Shown here piece by piece: positions 1 to 9,826 of a stretch of 64,000 bases of DNA. Source of the stretch: a virus. Lineage: Duplodnaviria; Caudoviricetes. Where the stretch lies: positions 2,869 to 66,868 of IMG/VR virus record IMGVR_UViG_2896115756_000003; one strand, 5' to 3'. The notes under the pieces were generated by a model. It was given only the letters and a program-made list of their open reading frames with translations. It did not search any database and had not been told where the DNA came from. The number at the start of each line of letters is the position of its first letter. Positions within the stretch are counted from its first letter, which is position 1. The position numbers and the translations under genes are program-made.

Positions 1-1
1 C

Positions 2-199
2 GAACAGGCCGTAGCGGCCCCGCAGCTCGGCAACGTGGACGACCTGATCAAGTGGTGGAATCACGCCCCGACGGCCTCCAAGCGCGCCATCGCGATGCTG
101 TTCCTCATCTCCATCGAGGTCTACAAGGCGAGCGCACAGGGCATCCGGCACATCGAGCCGGGCAGGGTCGTCCTGAAGTGGCGCAGAGAAGGACAGTAG
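2..199 (+). CDS. C-terminal end of a probable large serine recombinase (partial)
   Basis: Frame from position 2 reads ...LIKWWNHAPTASKRAIAMLFLISIEVYKASAQGIRHIEPGRVVLKWRREGQ*, which resembles the W..A...KR...I.V...G.R....R+..W tail of large serine recombinases. Confidence 0.55.
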   Translation, partial: EQAVAAPQLGNVDDLIKWWNHAPTASKRAIAMLFLISIEVYKASAQGIRHIEPGRVVLKWRREGQ

Positions 200-939
200 T
201 CATCAACAGCTCCGCGAGTAGTACCTGCTGGGACGTTGGCACTGGGCTGCGGCACCTTGGCGTCATCGTGGACGGCAGCCGGCGATGGGCGAAGGCTCGT
301 GCGCTGTCCACCGCCGATGGGCACCGTGCCGGTGCTGAGAAGATCCACGAAGTACTGGACTGGTGCGAGGAGAGCGGCATCCAGGTCGTCACCATGTGGG
401 TCCTGTCCGTCGCCAACCTTCGGCGCCCCGCCGACGAGCTCTCGCCGCTGCTGAACATCATCGAGGACCTGGTCCTCGATCTTCACTGCACGGGTCGTTG
501 GGACGTGAGGCCGATCGGAGACTTCGGACTGCTCCCGAAGCGCACGGCCGCCATCATGAGCTTGGTGGCGGGGGCCGAGAAGCCGCAGCCGGGCGCGATG
601 CAAGTCAACGTGGCTGTGGCCTACGGCGGCCGGGAAGAGCTGGTCGGGGCCGTGCGCCGGTCGGTCGCCGAACTCGCTGCGCGCGGCTACAACGCCGAGG
701 ACATCGCGGAGGCCCTGGAAGAGCGGGACATCGCCCGTCATCTCTACACCAGTGGCCAGCCCGACCCTGACCTGGTCATCCGGACGTCCGGGGAGCAGCG
801 CCTGAGTGGGTTCATGGCGTGGCAGGGCTTCCAGAGCGAGCTGTACTTCTGCACCTCGCTGTGGCCGGACCTGACCCGCCGGGACTTCGACGCTGCTCTG
901 GCCAGCTATGACCGCCGCTCACGCACCAGAGGTGCCTGA
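178..939 (+). CDS. cis-isoprenyl diphosphate synthase (UppS family)
   Basis: GVIVDGSRRWA, VAYGGREEL and DPDLVIRTSGEQRLSGF motifs; start codon uncertain. Confidence 0.9.
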   Translation: MAQRRTVVINSSASSTCWDVGTGLRHLGVIVDGSRRWAKARALSTADGHRAGAEKIHEVLDWCEESGIQVVTMWVLSVANLRRPADELSPLLNIIEDLVLDLHCTGRWDVRPIGDFGLLPKRTAAIMSLVAGAEKPQPGAMQVNVAVAYGGREELVGAVRRSVAELAARGYNAEDIAEALEERDIARHLYTSGQPDPDLVIRTSGEQRLSGFMAWQGFQSELYFCTSLWPDLTRRDFDAALASYDRRSRTRGA

Positions 940-957
940 GCGGCGGCTCGGCGGCTG

Positions 958-1752
958 TCAGACGCCTGCTGACACACCGTCTGGCTGCTGGGACGCCTTG
1001 CGGCGCAGCGCGGCGGTCGCGGGGATCGACAGACCGACGATGAGCAGGATGATCGCGATCCCGGACAGCGAGGGAGACAGCACCTTCTCCAGGTCCAGCG
1101 ACCATGGGCTGCCCGCCGTGTAACTGACGAGGTAGGAACCCTTGCTGGCTCCGTAGCCGATGCCGAACAACGCGGCAACGGCCGCCACCGTCAGGCCCGT
1201 GGCCTGCCGTCGCCGACCGGCCCGGCGGTTGATCGCGCCTGCCTTGAGGCACAGGAACACCAGCTCGGCGCAGGTGACGGCAACGTAGGACAGATAGACC
1301 AGGAGGTAGGCGTTCACGGTGTGGTTGCCCGCGAAGTCGGTCGTGAACGTGATGTCGGGCGCATCGTCCGACGCGGCGATGAACAGGGGGACCAGGGCTG
1401 CTGCGACGCCGAACGCCAGGAAGATCCGGTAGCCGGCGTGGGTCGGCACCGCCCACTGTTCGTAGGCCCAGTCGACGAGCATGATCTGCAGACTGCAACA
1501 CCAGGCGACGGCACACAGATGAGCGCCAAGCTTGGCCAGGTTATGGATGCCCGAGAGCGCCTCGACAGCGTCGGCAAGGGCCGGGATGGCCAGGGCCACG
1601 CCGATGGTGCAGACGGCGAAGGCGCAGGCTCGCGCCCACCTGGAGATCCCGTAGCCTCCGTCGTGCCGCTTGCGCCAGGCGACCAGCAGGTTCGCTGCCG
1701 TGCCTCCCAGCCCAACGGCCGTGCACAGCCCAAAGACCAGGGCGTCCACCAT
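958..1752 (-). CDS. Multi-pass membrane protein (MAB_1171c-like putative transporter)
   Basis: Several hydrophobic helices; follows an XRE gene, as is typical in Streptomyces. Confidence 0.7.
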   Translation of the reverse strand: MVDALVFGLCTAVGLGGTAANLLVAWRKRHDGGYGISRWARACAFAVCTIGVALAIPALADAVEALSGIHNLAKLGAHLCAVAWCCSLQIMLVDWAYEQWAVPTHAGYRIFLAFGVAAALVPLFIAASDDAPDITFTTDFAGNHTVNAYLLVYLSYVAVTCAELVFLCLKAGAINRRAGRRRQATGLTVAAVAALFGIGYGASKGSYLVSYTAGSPWSLDLEKVLSPSLSGIAIILLIVGLSIPATAALRRKASQQPDGVSAGV

Positions 1753-1767
1753 GCCTTGCCAGCCTCC

Positions 1768-2301
1768 TCAGTTGTCGGCGGCACGCGCCGCCATCTCGGT
1801 GTCACTGCGCCTACCCCCACGCCGCCGGCCGGGCCGGGTGGGTTCCGGCGCCAGCGGTGGAACGTCCGGAACCTCGGGGACGGGGGCGGTGCTCAGCGAG
1901 CGCCGTGCACGGATGTCGCGCGCGGCAGCCACGAGCTCCGCCGCAGCCTCGGGCCCGAGGCCGGCGACCAGGCGTACGGCCTCCCGTATGCCCGGTTCCT
2001 GCTGGTAGGCCGTCAGACCTGTCAGGTCGTCCCAGCCGGGCAGCAGGTAGGCAGCAGGGGCATCGAACGCTTGGGCGACCGCTTGGATGGTAGTACAAGG
2101 AGGATTGGTCTTGCGTCCATTGAGTAGGTCGTTGATCACGGCGTGCGACAGGGAGGGGGGATCTCCGTCGGCTGGCGCGGTTCGGGCTGCGAGTTCTCGA
2201 ACGGACGGCGTATGCCCGATGGTGACGGCCAGTCGGCGCAGCAGGAGGTCCAGCTTGCCGGCCAGCGTCGTGGGCACCTCGGAGGGGGGCGGCGCGGTCA
2301 T
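1768..2301 (-). CDS. XRE-family HTH regulator
   Basis: LAGKLDLL...SHAVINDLLNGRKTNP..TIQAVAQAF HTH signature. Confidence 0.8.
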   Translation of the reverse strand: MTAPPPSEVPTTLAGKLDLLLRRLAVTIGHTPSVRELAARTAPADGDPPSLSHAVINDLLNGRKTNPPCTTIQAVAQAFDAPAAYLLPGWDDLTGLTAYQQEPGIREAVRLVAGLGPEAAAELVAAARDIRARRSLSTAPVPEVPDVPPLAPEPTRPGRRRGGRRSDTEMAARAADN

Positions 2302-2530
2302 GGATGCGACCCGCGCTCAGAACGGCTTGTCATGGCCCCCATCTGCACTGATGCCCCATCCGTCGATTGTAAGTTTTCGTTGACATCCCGTAGCGACACC
2401 ATGCAAGCTACCGGAAGGTCGTCGATCATGGACGACTTGGGGGTGTCCTGCCGGGCTGGCGGAGTGCCGCATGCCCGTGTGCATCTCCCGTATACGATCC
2501 GCGGCCCGCTTGCCGCGAGGGGGAATCCTG

Positions 2531-2704
2531 ATGATCGACCGCGCCAGGGTATTGGCACGCCTCCAGGAGGCTGAGGGCTCCGGGCGTCCGCCGGTCGGCC
2601 GGATGGACGCCCATCGGATGCTGTGTCATCTGGCGGCGGTGGACGTGAGGGCGATCTGTGGTGACGAAGTCCCGGAGGGCGACGGGCCCGCCGCCGATTG
2701 CTGA
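2531..2704 (+). CDS. Small hypothetical protein
   Basis: GAGGGG RBS-like sequence before ATG; GC3-biased ORF. Confidence 0.4.
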   Translation: MIDRARVLARLQEAEGSGRPPVGRMDAHRMLCHLAAVDVRAICGDEVPEGDGPAADC

Positions 2705-2829
2705 ATGGTCACTGGGCTCCTGACCTGCGAAAACTCCAAAATTTGGCCTTGTTGCCCCCCTCTTACGCGTATAGAATTAATGCATAAGGAACGGGGAGTT
2801 CCCGAAAACCTCTTGGAGTGGAGTCCGAA

Positions 2830-4074
2830 ATGACCGTCAAGGCCGAGGCCCGCAAGACCAGCACCAGCCGCAAGACCGCCGCCCGCAAGCCGGCCGCGCG
2901 CAAGGCCGCCGCAGTCGCGGCCAGCCCCGCTCCTGTCGCCGAGACACAGGCCGCCGCCACGCCGGGCAAGCAGGTCGTTGCCCTCAAGCTCGCCGAGGTC
3001 CACCGCAACGAGTCCCAGCCCCGCGAGTACTTCGACGCCGCCTCCCTCATGGAACTGGCAGCCTCCATGGCCGAGCGCGGCCAGCTCCAGCCGATCGCCG
3101 TTCGCCCGGACGAGGAGAAGGGTGGCTACGAGATCGTCATCGGCGAGCGCCGCTGGCGAGCCGCCCACCTGAACGAGGCCGAGACGATCGACGCCGTGAT
3201 CCTCGACGGCCCCTACACCCTGCAGACCTACAAGAACCAGGTCGCGGAGAACCTCAACCGGGAGGACATGACCCCGATCGAGGAGGCCCGCGCCTTCAAG
3301 AAGATCCTCAACGAGGAGGAGGGCGCCACGCCGGAGAGCGTGGCCGCCGACTTCGGCAAGACTACCCAGTTCGTCAACCTCCGCCTCAAGCTCCTGGACC
3401 TGGTCTCCGAAGTCGCCGAGCAGGTCAACAAGGGCGCCATTGGCACCCAGGCCGCCGTGCAGATCTCCCAGCTCACCGCTGCCAACCAGGGTGCCGTCCT
3501 CAGGAAGTGGGCCAAGGGCGAGTTCGCCACCGAGAACGACCTGGTCCACTTCGCCTACCAGGTGAAGCAGCAGCAGGACCAGCCGTTCATGCTGGAGGTC
3601 GAGGACCTGACGGAGGAGCAGCGCGCCGAGCGCGTCGCCACCCAGCGTGCCACCCGCTCCAAGCTCGACAAGATCGAGCGAGCCATCACCGAGCTCGACG
3701 GCATCAGCAAGATGCCGCTGCCCGAACTCGTGGCTGCCCTGGATGGCCAGATCGCCGCCCGCATGGAGCAGCTGGACCGCGTCGCCAAGGCTCTGGCCGA
3801 CGCCCGCTTCCAGCTCCGCCAGGCGAAAGCCGCCGCCGACGCCCGCGAGATCGCACTGAACCCCGACGCGGTCGCGCCCACCCTGACCCCCGTTCAGGGG
3901 GCGTCGCAGGAAGCCGGGGAGGTGACCAAGCCCGCCGAGATCGACGGGTTGCAGTCAACCCCCGGGAACACCGAGACCGCACAGGGCAGCGGGGCGGCGC
4001 AGGCCCAGCAGGGCACCAGCTGCGGTACCGAACCGCAGGCCAGCGCCGATCAGACGGTGGAGCTGGCGGCCTGA
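2830..4074 (+). CDS. ParB/RepB/Spo0J family protein
   Basis: GQLQPIAVRP, IVIGERRWRAA, ENLNREDMTPIEEARAF and a downstream HTH. Confidence 0.92.
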   Translation: MTVKAEARKTSTSRKTAARKPAARKAAAVAASPAPVAETQAAATPGKQVVALKLAEVHRNESQPREYFDAASLMELAASMAERGQLQPIAVRPDEEKGGYEIVIGERRWRAAHLNEAETIDAVILDGPYTLQTYKNQVAENLNREDMTPIEEARAFKKILNEEEGATPESVAADFGKTTQFVNLRLKLLDLVSEVAEQVNKGAIGTQAAVQISQLTAANQGAVLRKWAKGEFATENDLVHFAYQVKQQQDQPFMLEVEDLTEEQRAERVATQRATRSKLDKIERAITELDGISKMPLPELVAALDGQIAARMEQLDRVAKALADARFQLRQAKAAADAREIALNPDAVAPTLTPVQGASQEAGEVTKPAEIDGLQSTPGNTETAQGSGAAQAQQGTSCGTEPQASADQTVELAA

Positions 4075-4087
4075 TCAGCCCACCCGT

Positions 4088-4114
4088 GAGGGGCGGCCTG
4101 CCGGGCCGCCCCTC
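4088..4114 (+). terminator. GC-rich hairpin after the parB-like gene
   Basis: gaggggcggcc / ggccgcccctc inverted repeat. Confidence 0.5.
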
Positions 4115-4138
4115 CCCGTCCGAAGGAGAAGCCATACC

Positions 4139-5077
4139 GTGATCATCGACGCCCAAGCCCGCTCCGCCCTGGAGCAGGCCGACTGCAATGGCCCCGAACT
4201 GCGCCTGCCCCGCCTGGACAGCGCACTGTACAAGCGGATCGACCAGATGCTCGCAGCAGTCGGCGGTCGATGGACCCGCGGGTGCCAGGCGCACGTCTTC
4301 CCCAGCGGCGCGGCCGAAGTCCTCGCCGCACTCCTGGCGGCCGGTCAGATCCACACCGAGGCAGAGGCCATCGCCGAGCGGCAGTTCTACCCGACCCCCG
4401 AGCACATCGCCCAGCAGCTCATCGACCTCGCAGGGATCGAGCCCGGCCACCAGGTGCTGGAGCCGTCAGCCGGAGATGGCGCGATCGCCCGCTTGGCCGC
4501 CGCCCGCGGCGCCGTCGTGGACTGCGTCGAACTCGACCCCGGCGCCGCCGACACCATCCGCAGCGCAGGCTATGCCCGGAACGTGACCGTCGGCGACTTC
4601 CTACGCCGGCCCCGGCGGCCGGACTACGACGCGGTGGTGATGAACCCGCCCTTCGCCAACCGCCAGGACATCCGGCACATCCGCCATGCCCTCGGATTCG
4701 TTCGGCCTGGCGGCAAGCTGGCAGCCGTCATGTCCGCCGGCATCACCTTCTGGAACGACCGCGCCGCGCGCGCCTTCCGTGATGAGGTCGACCAAGCCGG
4801 CGGAAGGATCGAGCCCCTGCCTGACGACACGTGGAACCACCTCGGGGTCAAGCTGCGCACCGTCCTGGTCGCCGTACCCGTGGTCGGCGTCGTGCCCACC
4901 GCCCCGGCGAGCCCCATGCCCAAGGCGGTCAGGCCGTGGAGTCACCTCACCCCCGCCGACTTCGGTCACGAACAGGCGAGTCCACAGGCGTTCCTCCTCG
5001 ACGAGCTCGACAGCGTCGGCACCCGGCCATTCGAGAGCTTCAACTTCGATGCGGCCCCGCCTCAGAACAAAAGATAG
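4139..5077 (+). CDS. Class I SAM-dependent (amino-)DNA methyltransferase
   Basis: FYPTP, VLEPSAGDG and VMNPPF motifs. Confidence 0.85.
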   Translation: MIIDAQARSALEQADCNGPELRLPRLDSALYKRIDQMLAAVGGRWTRGCQAHVFPSGAAEVLAALLAAGQIHTEAEAIAERQFYPTPEHIAQQLIDLAGIEPGHQVLEPSAGDGAIARLAAARGAVVDCVELDPGAADTIRSAGYARNVTVGDFLRRPRRPDYDAVVMNPPFANRQDIRHIRHALGFVRPGGKLAAVMSAGITFWNDRAARAFRDEVDQAGGRIEPLPDDTWNHLGVKLRTVLVAVPVVGVVPTAPASPMPKAVRPWSHLTPADFGHEQASPQAFLLDELDSVGTRPFESFNFDAAPPQNKR

Positions 5078-5098
5078 GCAACAACTTAATGGAGTGCT

Positions 5099-5554
5099 AT
5101 GGTCAGGTTGTCGCTCGGGGAACCGCCCCATCCGGTAACCCGAGCGACAACGCCGTGGCCAGCGGCGCCCTCACCACCGTGCCCGACGGGCGGCAAACCC
5201 CCCGCGCCCCACCCGCCAGGCACTGGCCTCCCGACGAGGCCACCGAGGGCGCCGCCCCACCCACGAACCGGACCCGCCCAACCCACCCCGGGGGCGGGTC
5301 CTCGCGTACCCGAAGGACATTCCGTGCCCGCCACCTACAACACCGATGGCGCCGAGGACCCCGACCTCTACGCCCAACTCATGACCGAGCGGTACGGCCC
5401 GCTGCGGCTCATCCTCGCCGAACGCAACAGGCCAGCCCCGCCCCGCCAGGCACGCGCGAACCTCACGCCAGATCCCAGAGCGGCCGAGCATCGCCACCAA
5501 CTCCTCGAAGCCCTCAACAACCGCCCCCAACCGGACCCGGAGCCAGCCGCATGA
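5099..5554 (+). CDS. Hypothetical Pro-rich phage protein
   Basis: GGAG RBS; ATGA overlap with the next ORF. Confidence 0.55.
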   Translation: MVRLSLGEPPHPVTRATTPWPAAPSPPCPTGGKPPAPHPPGTGLPTRPPRAPPHPRTGPAQPTPGAGPRVPEGHSVPATYNTDGAEDPDLYAQLMTERYGPLRLILAERNRPAPPRQARANLTPDPRAAEHRHQLLEALNNRPQPDPEPAA

Positions 5555-5667
5555 TCGCCCACACCCCGAAGCCCCAGCCCACCCCGCCCGTCCCCGGCGC
5601 CATCTGGTGCAAGTCCTGCGACTCCTGGTGCCTCCCGAACGGCCTGTGCCGGTGCAACAACCGGTGA
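5551..5667 (+). CDS. Small Cys-rich (Zn-ribbon-like) peptide
   Basis: WCKSCDSWCLPNGLCRC; translationally coupled at both ends. Confidence 0.55.
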   Translation: MIAHTPKPQPTPPVPGAIWCKSCDSWCLPNGLCRCNNR

Positions 5668-5906
5668 GCTTCCACAGCCCGGCCCCTGGGCAGATCTACC
5701 AGGCATGCCACCCGATGGACGAGGGTCGACAGATTCGGATCACCGCCGTTCATGGCAACCGGGTCGACATCGAGACCGTCGGCGGGCCAGGCCGCCCCCG
5801 AACCCTGGACATCACGGCTCTACACGCCACGGGAACTACGGCTACCGGCCGGACTCGCCGGACCGGATACCGTCTGCTTGACCCCGACTCCAGGAGCATC
5901 CCGTGA
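5664..5906 (+). CDS. Hypothetical phage protein
   Basis: GTGA overlaps at both ends. Confidence 0.6.
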   Translation: MSFHSPAPGQIYQACHPMDEGRQIRITAVHGNRVDIETVGGPGRPRTLDITALHATGTTATGRTRRTGYRLLDPDSRSIP

Positions 5907-6094
5907 TCAACCGGATGACCGCCAGCACTGCCACCGACCCCGGTCTGGAGGAGCTGTACGAGCGTCTCGATACCGCGGCCCAGCTCCTCGCCGCCGGGTA
6001 TAGCTCATTCCAGGAGCGGGCCGGCATCGTCCAGCGGTTGTGCAGCGGAGAGATCACCACGCAACAGGCCCGGGACGAGGACCGCGGGGAGTAA
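5903..6094 (+). CDS. Hypothetical protein
   Basis: GGAG RBS; coupled start. Confidence 0.5.
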   Translation: MINRMTASTATDPGLEELYERLDTAAQLLAAGYSSFQERAGIVQRLCSGEITTQQARDEDRGE

Positions 6095-6157
6095 CCCGGT
6101 GTGGGGTGTGCCCGGTTAACCCAGAAAAGCGCACCCCACACGAGCGCCCAGCCGGAC

Positions 6158-6355
6158 CTACCGACCGGCATCGCCTCCGTCCGAGTCGCGAGCCAGCCCC
6201 TTGCGCCACTCCGCCTTGACGTCACGCAGCGATCGGATGCCGATGATCGCCTTCCTGCTCAACACCGGGATTTGGTCGAATACCTTCTCTGTGAACCGGA
6301 GCATTCCGTACACAACGAAGGCGCCGGTGCCGAGGCAGATCTCAATGATGCCCAT
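6158..6355 (-). CDS. Small membrane peptide (moron-like)
   Basis: GGGGAG RBS then MGIIEICLGTGAFVVYGML..., hydrophobic N-terminus. Confidence 0.45.
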   Translation of the reverse strand: MGIIEICLGTGAFVVYGMLRFTEKVFDQIPVLSRKAIIGIRSLRDVKAEWRKGLARDSDGGDAGR

Positions 6356-6803
6356 TTGCTCCCCAATGGCTACTGGGGATCTGGGCAACCGGCACACGGC
6401 AGGCTCGACCCGGCATCCCACAGTTGCGGATGAACGGATCGAGACCACCACGGCGCCAGTCTCGTCAGACAGCACAGACCGGGGGATGTACCCCCAGCTG
6501 TGTAACGACGCAACTGCCCGCGTCGCAGGGTCTCTCCATTAGGTCGCGCGTTCTGCATCAGTGCGCCGGCACTGGGCAGTCGTATCGACCAGGAGTCGCA
6601 TCCTGCCCGTCGGGCAAGACGGAGGCGCGTGCTCAACTGACCGCCTCAGGACTAGTTTCGAGCGGTGGAGCAGCTAGGGTCAAATCAGCAGCTCAGACGC
6701 CGAGTTGGTGCCGCGTCAGCAGCCGAACGACTGGGTTGCCGTGTGATCGTCTAGGGTGGTTGGCCAGTAGGGCGCGGGGAAACGGCCTACCTGAGGGACG
6801 ACT

Positions 6804-7466
6804 GTGACTCCACCGCCCACCCGCATCCCCGAACCGCTGCTCCCGCTCGCGGTGCCGATCGGTGACCTCGCCCCGTACCACCGGAATCCGCGCACAGGCG
6901 ACCTCGCCTCGATCCGGGAATCCCTGACGACCAACGGCCAGTACCGGGCGATCGTCGTCAACCGTGGCACCCACACCGGCCGCCCGAACGAGATCCTGGC
7001 CGGCAACCACACCTGGAAGGCCGCTAACGAACTCGGCTGGGACCAGATCGCCGCCACCTGGATCGACGTGGACGACGAGGCCGCCGCCCGCATCGTCGTT
7101 GTGGACAACCGCACCAGCGACCTCGCCGGCTACGACACCGCCCTCCTGGCCGACATCCTCTCCGAACTCCCCGACCTCGACGGCACCGGCTACGACCAGC
7201 ACGCCCTCGACGCGCTCCTCGACGACGCCGAACTGCCCGGCCTGGTCGAACTCCCCAGCGACGGCGCCGGAACCGGCGAGAAGGCCGTCGTGGACTACCT
7301 CCAGTGGGGCTACCTCCAGTGGTCCTCCACCCGAGTCCGGATCACCGCCGAGGAAGTCCAGGCCCTCACCGCGCTCCACGACAAGTTCATCGACGACACC
7401 AACGGCGACCTCGGCTTCGGCTGGCACCTCATCGAGCACCCGCACAAGCAGGCCGATGCCTCGTGA
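6804..7466 (+). CDS. ParB/Srx N-terminal domain protein
   Basis: PYHRNPR, ILAGNHTWKAA and DNRTSDLA motifs. Confidence 0.85.
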   Translation: MTPPPTRIPEPLLPLAVPIGDLAPYHRNPRTGDLASIRESLTTNGQYRAIVVNRGTHTGRPNEILAGNHTWKAANELGWDQIAATWIDVDDEAAARIVVVDNRTSDLAGYDTALLADILSELPDLDGTGYDQHALDALLDDAELPGLVELPSDGAGTGEKAVVDYLQWGYLQWSSTRVRITAEEVQALTALHDKFIDDTNGDLGFGWHLIEHPHKQADAS

Positions 7467-8905
7467 GCGCCATCCCCACCACGACCTTCCACGAGTCGTA
7501 CCCGCTCGCCGAGCTGCGCCCCGCCGACTACAACCCGCGCAGGCTGTCTGCCGAGGCATTCGAACGCCTCAAGGCCAGCATCGGTCGCCACGGCATCGTC
7601 AAGCCGGTAATCCTCAACGCCAACGGGACCCTGGTCGCTGGCCACCAGCGAACCAAGGGCATGACCGCCCTCGGCATCACCCACACCCCCGCGGTCATGC
7701 TCGGCACCACCGTCCGCCTCCAGGACGAGATCCGCTTCAACCTCCTCCACAACAAGGTCGAGACCGAAGCGAGCATCGTCCACGCCGAGCCCGGCCAGAT
7801 CGGCCACTGGACCTGGGTGCCCTGGCAGTCCATCCGGATCGACGACCAGAAGAACGCCGCGTTCATCCAGGCCATCGGACAGATGGCCGCCGCACACGGC
7901 CCCTGGGGATCCGTGGTGATGGACGATCAGGGCCGGATCATCCTCAACGCCGAGTACGCCGTCGTCGCCGCCGCGCACCGCTTCGACCTGCTCGCCTGGA
8001 CCGTCCCCTCCCCGGAAGCCGCCCAGCTCCACGCCGACCTCACCGGCGAGTACGGCGTCTACGACTGGACCGCCATCGAAGGTCAAGCGCCCGTCTGGAA
8101 CCAGCACATCGTCCAGCCCAAGCGGCTCCGCCAGCGCAGCTCCAAGGCCAAGACCGGCCTCACCTACGGCTCCGAGACCTGGGAGAAGCTGGTCCTGCCC
8201 TGGCTCAAGCCCGAGCAGCGCGTCGTGGACTTCGGCGCCGGCCACGGCGACTACGCCACGATGCTGCGGGGGAAGGGCTTCTCCGTCACCGACTACGAGC
8301 CCTACCGCACCGCGCCGGGCAAGTACGCCGTGGACATCCGGGCCGTCGTCAGCATGATCCGCGCCATCCAGAAGGAACTGCGCGAGCACGGCCTGTTCGA
8401 CGTCGTCGTACTCGACTCCGTCATCAACGCCACCACCAGCCTCGACTACCAGCACTGGGTGCTCGCCACGGTCAACGCCCTGTGCGCCGAGGACGGAGTC
8501 GTGTGCCTCGGCACGCGGAGCCTGCTCAAGGAAACCCGTATGGAGCAGGCAGGCCGGGCAACAACCGGCGGAGCCGTCAACATGAGCTTCCTCGACGACA
8601 ACAACGTCGAGATGAACTTCGTGGCCGGCAAGTGGCAGAAGCTCCGCTTCCACACACCAGAGACGCTGGCAGCCCTGCTCAATCCGTACTTCGCCGAGGT
8701 CAAGATCACCGACGCCTCCGACTCCAACCTCAAGGCCGTTTGCCGCAAACCGAAGGCGCTCCAGGAAGCCGAGTATCGGAAAGCATTCGAAGAGGAATTC
8801 AATATGCCTTACCCGAATGACTTTCGCCATGGCAAGCATCTGGAATTGGTCGAATTCTTGATAAAATTGGTACTGGAGAGGAATTCTCTCGAATCTCGCG
8901 ACTAG
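7463..8905 (+). CDS. ParB/Srx domain fused to a SAM-dependent methyltransferase
   Basis: PADYNPR and VAGHQR (ParB); VVDFGAGHG and DVVVLDSVIN (Rossmann methyltransferase). Confidence 0.8.
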   Translation: MSAIPTTTFHESYPLAELRPADYNPRRLSAEAFERLKASIGRHGIVKPVILNANGTLVAGHQRTKGMTALGITHTPAVMLGTTVRLQDEIRFNLLHNKVETEASIVHAEPGQIGHWTWVPWQSIRIDDQKNAAFIQAIGQMAAAHGPWGSVVMDDQGRIILNAEYAVVAAAHRFDLLAWTVPSPEAAQLHADLTGEYGVYDWTAIEGQAPVWNQHIVQPKRLRQRSSKAKTGLTYGSETWEKLVLPWLKPEQRVVDFGAGHGDYATMLRGKGFSVTDYEPYRTAPGKYAVDIRAVVSMIRAIQKELREHGLFDVVVLDSVINATTSLDYQHWVLATVNALCAEDGVVCLGTRSLLKETRMEQAGRATTGGAVNMSFLDDNNVEMNFVAGKWQKLRFHTPETLAALLNPYFAEVKITDASDSNLKAVCRKPKALQEAEYRKAFEEEFNMPYPNDFRHGKHLELVEFLIKLVLERNSLESRD

Positions 8906-8912
8906 AAAAGGG

Positions 8913-9413
8913 GTGGCCGTGAAAGGCAAAATCACGGTAGAAATACGCGCACGTGAGGACTACGGCATCATGTGGCTCGCCGGCATCCGCCACGTAGCCC
9001 TCGACCAGCACTGCCTCAAGTCCTTCGGCCGCCCCGACCGTGCCACCGTCCACCCATGCACCAAGCTCCAAACCGTCCACCTTCCAACTGCCAACCCGCC
9101 CCTCGCCTGGTATCTGTGCGCACTGCCCATCCCGTGGAACTGGGCCGCCAACGCACACCTCGCTTTCGAGGCGGCGCCCGGCTACCACTGGGAAGGCCAA
9201 GCCCTCGTCCCCGGCCTCGAAGTTCGACTCGTCGGCGCCAAGCCGATCACCGGCTGGGGCGAGCACAGTGTCCCTGCCAGCGAGCCCCACCGCTCCCTGC
9301 GTCGGTACCGGACATGCCGCAACTGGCAGTTCGCCTGGTGGCTCCGGCAGAACCGCGCCGCCCCGACGCGCCCCCGCCCCCGCAGCCACCCCATCAGGAC
9401 CACGGGCAGATGA
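8913..9413 (+). CDS. Hypothetical protein co-transcribed with the ParB-MTase genes
   Basis: ORF directly downstream; Trp/Cys/His-rich. Confidence 0.65.
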   Translation: MAVKGKITVEIRAREDYGIMWLAGIRHVALDQHCLKSFGRPDRATVHPCTKLQTVHLPTANPPLAWYLCALPIPWNWAANAHLAFEAAPGYHWEGQALVPGLEVRLVGAKPITGWGEHSVPASEPHRSLRRYRTCRNWQFAWWLRQNRAAPTRPRPRSHPIRTTGR

Positions 9414-9428
9414 CCCTGCTGTGAGAAC

Positions 9429-9470
9429 GCACCTGGGGCCAGCACGTGTTGACGTGCTGGCCCCAGGTGC
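9429..9470 (+). terminator. Perfect 19-bp inverted repeat, likely terminator
   Basis: gcacctggggccagcacgt-gttg-acgtgctggccccaggtgc. Confidence 0.75.
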
Positions 9471-9826
9471 ACGCGCTAGGAGCGGCGGTTGACCGGACGC
9501 CGCCGAGCCGCCGCCGACCGCACCCGCGGCCGACCTGCCGGCACGGCACCAGTGGGCCGCCGCCCGCTGTCCGCCGCAGACCGGCCAGCCCACCGCCGGT
9601 GCACCCGCCGCAGTTCACCAGCCCGCCGTGCGGACTTCCGCAACGGAGCCCGCCGCGCGCCCACCGACGGACGTGGCCGGGGCCGCCCCGCCTTCTGCCG
9701 CAGCAGCTCCAGAAACGCCGCCACGCCGACCCCGAACGCCTTCACCATGGCCTCCACCGACCACGGCGACTCCAGGACATGACGCATTGCTCACCTCTCA
9801 GCTGAGAACCGGGAGGGTGTGATTGA

